Of a DNA stretch of 64,000 nucleotides, positions 11,204 through 22,995 are shown one piece after another (positions within the stretch are counted from its first letter, which is position 1; every line of letters begins with the position of its first letter). Below the pieces are notes generated by a model. The model saw nothing but the letters and a program-made list of their open reading frames with translations, made no database searches and was not told the DNA's origin. The stretch spans positions 23,868,709 to 23,932,708 of the forward strand of contig OZ316894.1 in assembly GCA_973895155.1 (NCBI GenBank), in the 5' to 3' direction. The stretch is from Marsupella aquatica (lineage: Eukaryota; Plantae; Marchantiophyta). Made by a program: the position numbers and the translations under genes.

Positions 11204-14200
11204 ATGGGCAAGACGCCCATCAATCCCAACGAAGGGGAAATGGCAGAGAAGTTCGAACCTTTCCAAGAAAGCAGACTCAGACTTGAGGTCGAAGAACGAA
11301 TCGAGACTTCAAGGGCTCAAGATAAGGTCGAAGAACCCCTGGAAGAAGCCATGGAACGACTTAAAACCCACCAAGGAGCTGGCATTAGTTCGAGATTGGC
11401 TCCTACCAGAAGGGTTAAAATACCCATGTTCAAGGGAGCACCTGATGAAGATGTCGATACCCACTTAGCACGTTTCGAAGAAATGCTCAGAGCTAACCAC
11501 GAACAGAACGACACAGCCCGATTAGAGTTGTTTCCCAGCTCACTGGACAAGGAGGCTTTTGTATGGTACACTCAATACCCAGCTGACCATTTCAAAACTT
11601 GGCCTGAGTTTTCAAAAGAATTCTTAGATCATTACAGAAGGGCTAAGGAAGAATCTGATTTGTATAGCATTCTACAAAACATGACTCAGAAGAAAGGAGA
11701 ACCAGTACAGAACTATATATTGGACGATTAAAGGTAACATTGAGGTGATTAACTAACAAACCGTCCGACGGGCAACGAATTAGCTGGATGAGAAAGGCTG
11801 TGAAGGGAAGTCTAGTCACAGTGGTAGAACAAAATCCCACTTCTAATGCTGACGAATACGAGAAAAGATTAATACGGCTAGAAGGCATTACTCAAATGCT
11901 TAACCAGGAAAAGAACGAGAGCAGTAAGGATGAAGAGAGGGTTAACCGGAAAACAGAACCTTCTAAGGTAGAAGTCAAGGAAAACCGAGAGCTAGGCAAG
12001 CTTAGTACTCGTAAATTCTGTGAAATACATATGAGGCCTGGACATACTACTCAGGAATGCAACCAGAATCCTTTTAAAAAGAAACCTAGCCTAGGTGTAA
12101 ATCAGGTAGGAACAAGCAAACAAGATGGGGATAGGATGGAGAGTAGTCAGGGATATTACAATCCGGATTGTAATGCAAACCGAAGGCCCTATAAGGATGG
12201 TGGTACTAAATACCCACCGATTTGCTATTACTGTCGACTAACTGGCCACATCAGGGGGCCCGATTGTGAATTATGGATGAAGCACATGAAAGAAAAAGAA
12301 GAAATAGCGGGGAAAGCCCCAGCACCTGTGAATACTGTGCAGGTGTCAACATACGTGGTGACAAGATCTCAAGGGCAGCCAGAGAACTCAACCCAAACCA
12401 ATTCCCCGGAGACGGAGGGGGGATTCGATTGGAGCCAAATGGATGCAACCACCCGAGAAATGGCGGATGAAATTCGCCACAAACAGCGGAATGAGACTTT
12501 GCCACGACCTGAACGATTAATGCGTTCAGAACCTTACGCAGAGACAGATACGGAAATTCTAGAGGAGGGAGTGACGATGGGGGGATTCGATCAAGAAATG
12601 GGACAACTTCCACGAGATGAAGAACCAGCGAATAACCCTGCCGAAGCGAACCAGCGAATAGTGGATAAGCTAGTCCAACTCATCGCGAAGACCAGAGTCG
12701 ACATCACTATCGAGGAACTGTTCCAGTTAGCACCACAGTGCAAGGAAGCAGTAATGAGACGGTTGGGGGGCAGAATAAGTCCTACCACATTACCCGGAGT
12801 ACCACTGTACCAAGCTGGGAAGATTCCCCTAATCGACAAAGGAGCCGTAGTACAGATCAGCGTAAGGGGCATCAAACTAAAGAACGTATTGTTGGATGGA
12901 GGGTCAGCCGTAAACCTCATGAGTGAGCAGACCTATAGACTGCTAGGCAGAGTCAAACTCTTACCAGCCCCTTTTAATTTAATAATGGCCGATCAAAGCA
13001 GCTGTCACCCACTGGGTTATGTGCCAGACTTACCAATGCTGATTTTAGGCATCAAGTACAATTTAGGAGTGGTAGTTTTGAGAGAAGCATATTCCACCCG
13101 AGGACAACCCATGTTGTTAGGACGACCTTGGCTAAGACAGGCCAAAGTAAAACAACACTGGGGGGAAGAGAAGGATTATATAAAAATAGAACACGGAGGA
13201 GAGACTTTCAAGATCAGAACCAAGGCTATCAAGGACGGTGTACCACCTATGGCCAGAGTCTGTACCTTGAACTGGGCAGAGGGGTTGAATGAGGATGAAG
13301 AAGAGACCTATTTAAAATGCCGTCCAGACTTAGTCCCAATTTCAGATATGGAAATAGTCAAGCTCGACGAGATGCAAGGAATGACCAAAGAAAAAATGGA
13401 TCATGATCTACGAAACGATCTGTTTAAACACATAGACCCGCAAGGCATTCAGGAGTGCTCATTAAAGGAGGAAGAAGCACAGACCACCTTGCAGGATCTA
13501 GCAGAGAAGGTGGTGGGATGGAGTGCCACCGAGGAAGAGCACATTCAGAAGGTCGATTTGAGTGACACTGAACGACCACGAGAAGTAAAGATAGGGAAAC
13601 ACCTTTCCCCCGAGCTCAAAGAGGAACTTGTTACCCTACTCGCCGAATTCCGAGATGTTTTTGCCTGGGATTACACGGAGTTAAAGGGAGTTCCAGAGTC
13701 AATTGGCGTACATCGAATCCGACTCGTACCAGGATCAGTACCGGTGCAGACACAACGATATAGGATGAACCCCGACTATGCGGAAAAGGTAAAAGAAGAA
13801 ATCCAAAGGCTCCTTGATGCCAAATTCATTGAACCTGTTAAGCGTTATATGTGGCTATCCCCGATAGCCGTAGTACCTAAGAAAAATGGGAAGTTAAGAG
13901 TCTGCATTGATTTCAGAAAATTAAACGCAGCGACCATAAAAGACCCTTTTCCGGTACCCTTTCTAGAAGCAGTTCTGGATGTGGTAGCAGGAAAGTCAGC
14001 TTATTCATTTTTAGATGGGTACAACGGGTATAGTCAGGTCCGGTTAGCAATAGAAGCAAGGGAGCTGACCACTTTCATTACGGAATGGGGCGCTTTCCAG
14101 TGTCTCGTATTACCCTTTGGATTATGCAATGGGCCTAGTACATTCCAGCGATTAATGATGATGTTATTTCATGAGTATTTGAATCAGTTTATGCAAATCT

Positions 14201-17200
14201 TCCTAGATGACTTCACCATATACGGAGAGGAAGAGCAACATATAGGTCATCTCAGATTATGCCTCTTAAGATGTAGGGAAGGGGGAGTCAGCCTGAACCC
14301 TGATAAGTGCACCTTCTTTGTACCATCGGGCAAGATATTAGGACACAGTTTGTAAACAGGGCTTGTTAGTACGTAGACCCAGATAAGATAAAAATCATTA
14401 AAGAGATGCCAGTCCCCAATAGTGCAACTCAAGTCAGAAGGTTCCTGGGAAGTGGAGGTTTCTATCGTCGTTACATCAAGAGTTACTCCCAAATCAGTGC
14501 CCCGTTGGCACGATTAACGGGTAACCATCAAATGTTCACTTGGGACGACGACTGTCAGAAAGCGTTTGAAGAAATCAAGGACCGGTTGTGCCATGCACCC
14601 ATACTCAAGGAGCCAGATTGGAAGAGGGAGTTCCATCTCCATACAGATGCTTCTCTGGTGGCGGTGGGGGCAGTGTTAGCACAGAAGGGAGAACAAGGTA
14701 TCGATTTACCAGTATACTATGCCAGTAGACTGTTAAACGTGCATGAAAGGAACTACACCACGACTGAGAGGGAAGCATTAGCCATGATATTTGCAGTAAA
14801 GAAATTTAGGCATTATTTACTTGGGAATCGATTCATATTCTATGTAGATCATAATGCCTTGGTCAACTTAGTAAACAAACCACAGCTGTCGGGCCGAATT
14901 GCAAGATGGATTTTGTTATTAGCTGAGTTTGATTACACCATCATTTATAAACCCGGGAAAACCCATGTCATACCCGATTATTTGAGTAGACTCGAATCAG
15001 GAGAGACAGGCAAGGAAGAAGACGATCAATTACCGGATATGGAGCTATTTCAAGACGCCAAGGAAAGGCATCCTGTAAATCTAGTGACCTTGGATGACGA
15101 ACCAGCATTAGAAAGGTATTTATGCACAGCAGTATTCCCCGAGGGGTTGTCCAGTAAGGAAAGGAAGGTCTACGCCTATAAGGCAAGGCCCTACACCTTG
15201 ATCAACCACGTGCTTTATTACCAGGGGCCCGATGACATACTACGTAGAGTAGTTCCGGAGGAAGAACGGCCAGAAGCCTTAATCGCGGCACATGAAGGAC
15301 TAGGAGGGGGACATTTCGGCACCGAGATCACCCTGAGGAAGATTCTTTAGCAAGGACGTTGGTGGGCAACTGTCCATAAAGACACTCGGGAGTTTGTAAA
15401 AACTTGCAACCTGTGTCAGCGTACAGGACCTATAAAGGAAAACATGGAGTTCAGGCCTATAATCGCCCCTTATATTTTTCAGAAATGGGGAGTAGATTTC
15501 ATAGGACCCATCACTCCATCTTCCAGATATAGTCAGAACCAGTATATTTTAGCAGCAACAGAATATACCACAAAATGGGTGGAAGCAGTCGCAACTCGGG
15601 AGAACACTGCCCGAGTAACAGCCAAGTTCTTGTACCAGAACATCATCACGAGATACGGATTACCAGGTGAGCTAGTGAGCGATCAAGGTTCACATTTTCT
15701 GAACAAGGTTATCCAGGAACTGACGGATAATTACCATATAAGCCATCGGTTTTCGACTCCCTATTACCCTCAGTGTAACGGGCAAGCGGAGTCAACAAAC
15801 AAAGTCTTACTCAACGTTTTACGGAAAGTGGTTAACGAACAGCAAAATGATTGGGACGTTCAGCTACCGGCGGCAGTATGGGCATTCAGCACGGCATATA
15901 AGGTAACCACGGGCCACACCCCTTTTCAATTACTGTTTGGAGTTGAGGCCCGTATGCCGACAGACTACGAATTACCTAGTTTGCAAATTGCAGCGGGATA
16001 CGACATAAATCAAAACCCGTGTTTAACTAGATGGTTAAAAGCACTATTGGAGGTTACCGGAACCCGGAGAAGGGCCGAAGAGCGATTAGAGTATGTACAA
16101 GGACAACGCAAGCAACGAATAGACGATCAACGGGAGGTAACCACGTTCACGGAAGGGGAATTAGTACTGTGGTGCCGAAAGCGGGCACGAATAAAAAAAG
16201 GAAAGTTGAGACTTAAATGGGAAGGACCCTTTACCGTCCTCAAGGCGTGGGGAAACGGAACCTTTGAAATTACCAGCCAGGATGGGAGCGAGCAACAGCG
16301 GGTGAACGGGAATAAGATGAAGTCGTACCACATAAGGAACGACGTGTACTTACGGGAAGTAGAGGATACGGGTAACGACTACCCAGGGGAAAGCGAAGCC
16401 GGCAACGACTCCGATACGGTACCGGTGCTCAACGAGGACGACGATAGCTATCAACTGCCGACAGCACCACCTAACGAGAATCAAGCGGATGGAGAAGGGT
16501 ACGAGCTACCCACTAGAATGGTAGCCTGTATCGGCGTGACCCCCGATCAAGCATCTACGGAAGCCACCGGAGGGGCACTCACCGCCAAGAACAAGGAACG
16601 ACCCTTAGCACACGCAAAGAAGCTAGTCGCGACCACCACACGTGACACACTACGACGAGAAGAAAGCACCAATGAACAAGGACGAGAACTAATGATCAAG
16701 GGGTACCCGTTAGAGGATTACGTGAATGGAACCATTCCATCAAATGAACCAACGGAATCAGGTCAAATCAAGTCAGTGGTTCTAGCGGAGGAGGACCTAT
16801 CTGAAATCTTTCAGATCCACGATTGGAAGCACAAATTACCCAAAGGCCAGGAAGAGAGGAGGAGAAGGTTTCCTTATAGAGTAGTAATCGTAGGATGTAC
16901 ACACGGACCCTTTTCCACATGGATTGCAGATCGGATTTTGATAGGACCCAACTCGATACCCTGTATTGAGGACTACTCCACGGGAAAATTACATGTTATA
17001 CTAGAAGTTCAGGATACACTAGAATCCAAAGGGCGAGCACCATCATCCGCAAAAGAACTGTTAAACCAAAAACCCTATTTCCGATTGGCAAGGAGATTAC
17101 GAGAGAACCCCGAGTGGAGTGGCTATCAACGCGAGGTGAAATTTGAATGGTCGAGGGTCGGTAATAGGTATTACACATTACCGGTGGGCATGAAGACTTT

Positions 17201-19597
17201 GAAGCTGAAACGATCAAACGAGTTTGAGGACGATAAACCGAGGAAGCGCGTTACTATCAGCGAACTACTCAAAACCCCGGTGATGGAGGAGACACCAGCC
17301 CCCACGCACACAGAGGGAGAAGGGCCGACAACAGCAGAGGGCATGGAGCTGGAAGTTTCCGAGTCAGCGGAAAGAGAAAGGAGCAACCCCGAAGATGATC
17401 AAGAGATCGTGAGTCAAGGACCTTCAGCGGCTGACCATCTCTCGGAAACTACAGCCAAAAGGGAAGGGCAGGGGCCCGCCGAGGAGCCAACCCTAGAGAC
17501 ACAAACCGAATCAGTAATCGAGGCACCAACGGAGCAAGCGGCCGAGAAGACAGAAGAACAACAGGGAAACCAGCTGAACGAACTTCAACAAGAAGGGAGA
17601 CGGAAGCTGACCATGGCAGAATTGTTAGCCAACCCGGATCCCACGGAAGCGATCACGGCGGTCACCACAGCGATAATTGAGGAAACGACTCCTTCTAGGA
17701 CCAAGAGGAACCGCAAGGGGACAGCCAAAACGATTAAACTTGAGCCGCCAATGATGAGGGAGGTGCCATCCGTAAGGGGAAAGAGCAAAATAGTCGAATC
17801 CGAGGAGGAAGAACCGGAAGAATCTGACAGTGAAGAAGAAGAAGAACCAGCAGAAGAAGCAAAAAGTAGGACCGGGAAGGCGACGCGCGCCGCAAAGGCG
17901 AGTCCAGGGGAAACAAGTCATGTTTTGAAATTTGAGAGAATGGGGCCACAGATATTGCAAACTATGCACGGACAAGCACACAGGAAATTTCTACAGACAC
18001 AAGGATTGGAGAAATTCGTGAAACTAAAGTGGAATCAAACCACAAAGCTACAAGCAGAGGACTACAGCGAGTTCATCACCACGTGGAAACCCACCAAAAA
18101 TCAGGGAATATGTAGGGGCCAAGTCATTAAGACGAATCCTCGGAAGCTTCAGGAGCTTTTCAAACTACCAAAGCAAGGAGCGGAGATCAAGAAACGGATG
18201 GGGAAAACTTGGCAACCTGCCACATTTCCACAACACAAGGACGTAGACAACAACAGGGGCTATCCGACCAAGCATTGCACGAATGAGAAAATCAAGGAAA
18301 GGCTCAAATTTGTAACCCATGCATTACATTGGAAGAGGCCCAGATCAGAATATCCTCGATTTATGATTAAAATTGTAGAGGAAGGAGACGGGAAGCAAAA
18401 GGATTGGTCGTCCTTTTTCCACGAAGGGTTCCATGCAGCCATCAAGCGAGCTAAACGATTAATCAGCAGTAAAAGCAACCTGCCAGTAGAGATCGAGTCG
18501 CATCTCCAAGTGCTAATCGAGAGTCAGCTTACAGGGGAAGACGGGGGAAAAACGGAATCAGCAGCTACCATTTACCAACCAACGAGGAGTGAGGGAGCCA
18601 AGAAGCAGAAGGGCACCCTGCCAGAAGAGGAAGCAGCCAACAAAGAGCAAGAGGGGGACGCATCACCAGTGCGCACCACCAGGAGGAAAGAAACCAATCC
18701 AACACCGACCAAGAAGGAGTCAGAATCAGAGGGTCAAGAACCAGCGGAGGAAGACAAAATGCGAGCAGAAACCAAGGCTTATAGGACAGCGCCCATTGAT
18801 GACGATGACCTCAGGTACGCCCTCTCAACCGTAAAAGAAGGTGATGAACAACAATTACGGGAGAAGTTGGGGATCGAAGTATTGAAAGAGAAGATCAGCA
18901 CAGTGCAAAAAGATAGCATCTTTACAGTCATGATCGGACAAATCGCCAGTCAATTAGCCATTTATCAGGGAATAACGAGTTCGCTAGTACACTTGGAGTG
19001 GAACAAGCGAGAAGAAGAAATCGCCGAGGACTTAGCCGGGAAGGAGGAGGCAGATAAATGGGCAGTGGAGGCCGAGGAGACCATCAAGGAGTTACTAAAT
19101 CGTAACAAAGAGCTAATAGCAGATAAGGATCGACTGACAACCATAGGAAGAGGCTGGAGGCATGAGGAGGCAGCCACGCAGGAATTGGCTGATTACCTAG
19201 GAATAGAAGGGTTACGTCCAGGGGGACTAACGACAAATTACCAGGAGGTTGTCACGGCCATCGGAGCAGCCATAGCCACAGTCAAAGCAGATAGCCAAAA
19301 GATCAATTTAGGGTATCGGAGAGTTGGAGAATCACAGAAGACGACTATAAGCGGAAAATTGCTGAGTTAGAAGCCACTGTGAAGCTACAGGGCACTGGAG
19401 AGGAGAGTATCACTGAACAGACAAAGGAACTCGAGCAGTTGAGGACAGAGAACGATCAGCTTTCGCAAGAACTGGAAGATAAGGAACGATCAATTTTGGA
19501 TTTAAAATCCGAAGTGAGGAAGCTGAAGGCACAGAGTAGAGTTCCGATAACTCCAACCAGGACGACCAATGTTAGCGAGGGTAGGGGAGTGAAGTAG
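11204..19597 (+). pseudogene. gag-pol polyprotein (gag, two Zn knuckles, protease, RT, RNase H, integrase) with a long fused C-terminal extension; disrupted
   Basis: Gag IPMFKG...AFVWY...TW.EF..EFL; CEIH...GH...C and CYYC..TGH....C; protease LLDGGS; RT CIDFRKLN, FLDGY.GY.Q, LPFGLCN.PSTFQR, FLDD; RH TDAS, NYTTTERE; IN HEG...GH..CNLC, WGVDFIGP, SDQGSHF, NGQAE, KLRLKWEGPF. Frameshifts near 11715, 14350 and 19320; stops near 11745, 14374 and 15348. Confidence 0.96.
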
Positions 19598-19661
19598 ACC
19601 GGTGACGACTTGTCCCCAACGTATACCAAGCATAACGGATATCGAGGACGAATCCATAGGT

Positions 19662-19674
19662 AAGCAAAGGAAAA
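19662..19674 (+). promoter_or_regulatory. Polypurine tract
   Basis: AAGCAAAGGAAAA directly before the TGT of the 3' LTR. Confidence 0.75.
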
Positions 19675-21541
19675 TGTAAACGATAAAAATTACACCGGCG
19701 ATATTATAGTTTTTTTTAGGGTTTAGAAGTGTCAACTAGAGGTCAACCAAGAGTATTTAGGAAGTAGTAAGCAAGGACCAGCGGTTATTTATTTTGTTGA
19801 GATGACAGAAAGGCTGGAAGTAGGGGAGGCGACCATCATCTCGATTAACGGTCGTGTAGGAGTCGAGTTCTGCTATGAAGGCTGCGATGGCCTACTAGCA
19901 GATGGCAGAGTATGTGCCTTAGGCACAAGAGCTCGACAGAAAAGGCAAGGGGAGGGCGAATATAGGAACCCCCGTTAGCAGGAATCGGTTAGCTCATGAG
20001 TGTAAGTCGCTAGGCGAAGGAGTGCCTATGTTCATGTTCACTATTCGGATCAAAGAAGGAAGCTGTCGTGTATGGGATGCGGCGGGGCAACAATTGTTCG
20101 GAATGAAGGGCGAAGAGTTCCGCCAACGATTCACCACCGGCGAGGCCATCGAAGAACTCTGTAGAAAGGTCATGCGGAAGAAATGGAATCTGCTGCTAAG
20201 ACGGGAGAACAGCCACGATCAGCGGATTACGTGGCGATTAATCACTGCCAAACAAGTAATCGTGGCCGGTGAACCGAGCAACCCCAAGGAAGATGACAGA
20301 AGTCAGGAGGTTGAGGCACATATGGCAAGATTAACAATCGGGAGTCCGGAAGCTTCCGGATCAGGCGCAACCGAAGGGAATCGAGGAGGCCGTTGCCCAG
20401 TTCAGTAACCAGGAAGACAAAACTTCTTGACATAGTAATTAGCAGTTCTTGGCTTCCACTCATCGTTCTGGTAGGCATTAGTTAGCGTTCTTGATGAATG
20501 AGCAAAGGAGATCAAAGAGGAGGCGCGAGTCATCCAACTGTAATCGGCACACCCCAAGAAGTAGTAGAGGCCTCAGGCAAAGACGGACGCGAGGCATAGG
20601 TATTTAGAGGATGTGGAGCGCTAGGCGCTCTGTCACTTTTTGCTAGAAGTCTGGGGCAAGGTAGGGCTCCGCTCACCTTTGGAATGCCAGCAATTTTGTA
20701 ATAGTGTCCCTACTCAGTTGAGTAGTCTTTGAGTATAAAGAGAGAGTTTGGAATGAATGCAACAGAGTGAAGTCCGCACTTGAGTAGTGAATGAGAACGT
20801 CGAATCAGAGAGAGAGAGAGAGAGAAGGAATTTGCCTTATGCAGCAAGTCGTTACTCGTTAATCACAACGATGAATGAATATCGTCTCATTGCGAACCAG
20901 AACCTTACGGGCCAGCCCCTCAAGGTATAGGTTGAACAGACAGCTAGTGAGAAGCGGTGTCTGGTTGGAGATAGTGTGTTTTGAAGGCGATACACTGGTC
21001 GTCATACACCTCCATCATATAAGGGTAAATGTGATACTGGGGTACTTGCTTAGGGTAACCCTGTCACAGTCACCCACACAATCCGAAAATCAATTGCCAG
21101 GCAGGCTGATTCAAAGGACAGCCGGACTTAATCAGGTCACGGCTACTAAAAACCATGAACATAGACAGCAGTGACGACAAGTCTTGCTCCTTGATTACCT
21201 TAAGATCATTGGAACTGTGGATCTGTTCTGTCGGCACCCATCTTATTTCCCGTCAGTCACTATACGAGAACATTCCGATTTGCTTGATCACTTACCGCGA
21301 GTGGTGTGGGTTCATTGAGATTGTGTATAGAGAGGGGTTAGTGTTGGCCGAGGCTGAAGTACCTAAGAAGTGGAAGACGGAACTCGACATTCAAGAGCAC
21401 TTGGTCGGATTCACTTACGGGGACTGTGTCGAGATAGAAGGAGTGCCGCCTCTCGGAGGTCGGTTAATCGTTTAAACGAGATTACTGAGGAGAAGGTAGT
21501 TAAACGGCCATTAATCGCAAGGTCAAAGTTGGCGTTTAACA
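19675..21541 (+). repeat. 3' LTR
   Basis: Direct repeat of 8414-10280, followed by TSD ACTTG. Confidence 0.97.
19802..20408 (+). CDS. Second copy of the LTR-encoded RPA70C-like ORF (frameshift in the G-run near 19950, C-terminal part intact)
   Basis: Same ATG context as 8541. GGGGAGGG (8 nt) here versus GGGGGGG (7 nt) in the 5' LTR. ORF 20022..20408 carries the uninterrupted C-terminus. Confidence 0.7.
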
Positions 21542-21546
21542 ACTTG

Positions 21547-22711
21547 CTAGAAATACTTCAATATGAACCCCGGACAGATAGCATCTGTGGTCAGCAACTT
21601 GATCCAACAATGTCCAACTGCTAGTCCCACTCCTAGCCCAGGTTCGCAACATTACAGCCCTGATTCCAACTACGAACCCACCGAAGGACCCATCTACAAT
21701 CGGTCACAATATGACCACCCTTACGTCAGAGAGGATCTACCTGAAGACTCTGATCCACCCTCAGATGGTGAAACTTATAGATCTTATGATAATTCTCTTG
21801 AGTCATCCCCAAGGCAGGGATTTGAAGATGTTGATACTGCCTTAAGATCCAATCCAAACTTAGTAGCAGTTGTCACCTCATCTACTCAGACACCTCGGAA
21901 TGCCACCATCGAGAGTAGATACCCGAGACATCCAGAGTCCCAAGTGCACAGATATGTGGAGACCTGTAAAATAATGCAGGCCAACAGACCACCGGTTGGA
22001 GAGTTTTGGAGATACTACTATCTCAAGAAGACAGAGGCCAGTTATATCTTTGACCTCAGGTGTTTTGGAACTTCCAGAGTGGAGATGGCACAATTCGACG
22101 AGTTCTGGACTGACTCTCTCTACTTCCGACCTATTCTTGCTGTGATGCTACTTCAAGGAGATGTGGAAGTGGAGGATTCAGATTTAGTTTTGGCATACTT
22201 TGGGAACTTGGTAGCTTATGCCCTAGATTTTGTGGTTTCTTTTCTCATGCTGAGTAAGAAATCTACTTCTCCCCAGAATGCTTACCTTCCTCGAGAACCC
22301 AAGGTTACCCTTGTTTCAACCAGCTCATTTACTAAGAAACAGAGGATCTGGAACAATGTCACCTCTCAAACTCTGACCAACTTCAACCGGTATTTCAGAG
22401 ATGTCAAATGGAGGCTTCACCCTTTCTATTCCAGGATGCTGAACTCTGATGACTTCCTATATCATTATCCCCAAGTATATGCTGCTACTTACAATAATTA
22501 TGACGTGATTGGGATATATAGAGAAGCTCTTCGAATAGACATATGTTATCTAAGGAGAAGAATGCCCCTGATGTATCCTGAGAGGCAATTGAGATGCCTA
22601 CCTTACTCCAGAGGATCCCCATGCCAGGCTGAGCTGATGGAAGTTACTCAAGCTCGGACTGTTACCCTCGTGGAGCTACTCGAACCAAAAGACATCCGAC
22701 AACAAGCTTGA
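21547..22711 (+). pseudogene. 3' half of the ORF interrupted by the gypsy insertion; contains a 382-aa ORF of unknown function
   Basis: Removing the element and one TSD joins VAIVDDL to LEIL; a 1-nt shift then enters ORF 21563..22711, which has a disordered start and an aromatic-rich, globular-looking C-terminal part. Confidence 0.65.
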
Positions 22712-22911
22712 GGAGTAGTCTAAGTGTTTTTAGTTAGTTTTAAGAATAGTGCATCTTTTCCTATTTTTCAAAATGACTTATAGAGCTTTAAAAGTTATGA
22801 AACTTCTTTAGTATATAGTCTATACCTAGGAAAACCTGCTGGCAAAATTTCAGAATTTTCCGAGCTAGGAGTAGAAAGTTAAAAATAGTTGAATTTGCTA
22901 AGTCTTTAAGT

Positions 22912-22995
22912 CTACCGCATTTACCGGATTACGCCTTTACGCTCTTACGCTTTTACGAGTTTACGTTTTTACGCTTTTATGGGTTTACGGGTTCT
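22912..22995 (+). repeat. Array of TTACG short motifs (right)
   Basis: ttacgcc, tttacgc, ttacgc, ttacga, ttacgt, ttacgc and ttacggg at ~8-bp spacing; same orientation as the left array. Confidence 0.8.

Larger units (their letters stand above)
8414..21541 (+). mobile_element. Full-length Ty3/gypsy LTR retrotransposon, non-chromovirus (Athila/Phygy-like organisation, no additional RNase H), 13,128 bp
   Basis: Two 1,867-bp direct repeats with TGT...ACA ends; 5-bp TSD ACTTG at 8409-8413 and 21542-21546; PBS; PPT; domain order gag-PR-RT-RH-IN. Confidence 0.98.

Noticed and set aside
16330-19597. Envelope (env) gene
   Set aside because: No signal peptide or transmembrane stretch is visible; the region is hydrophilic and coiled-coil.
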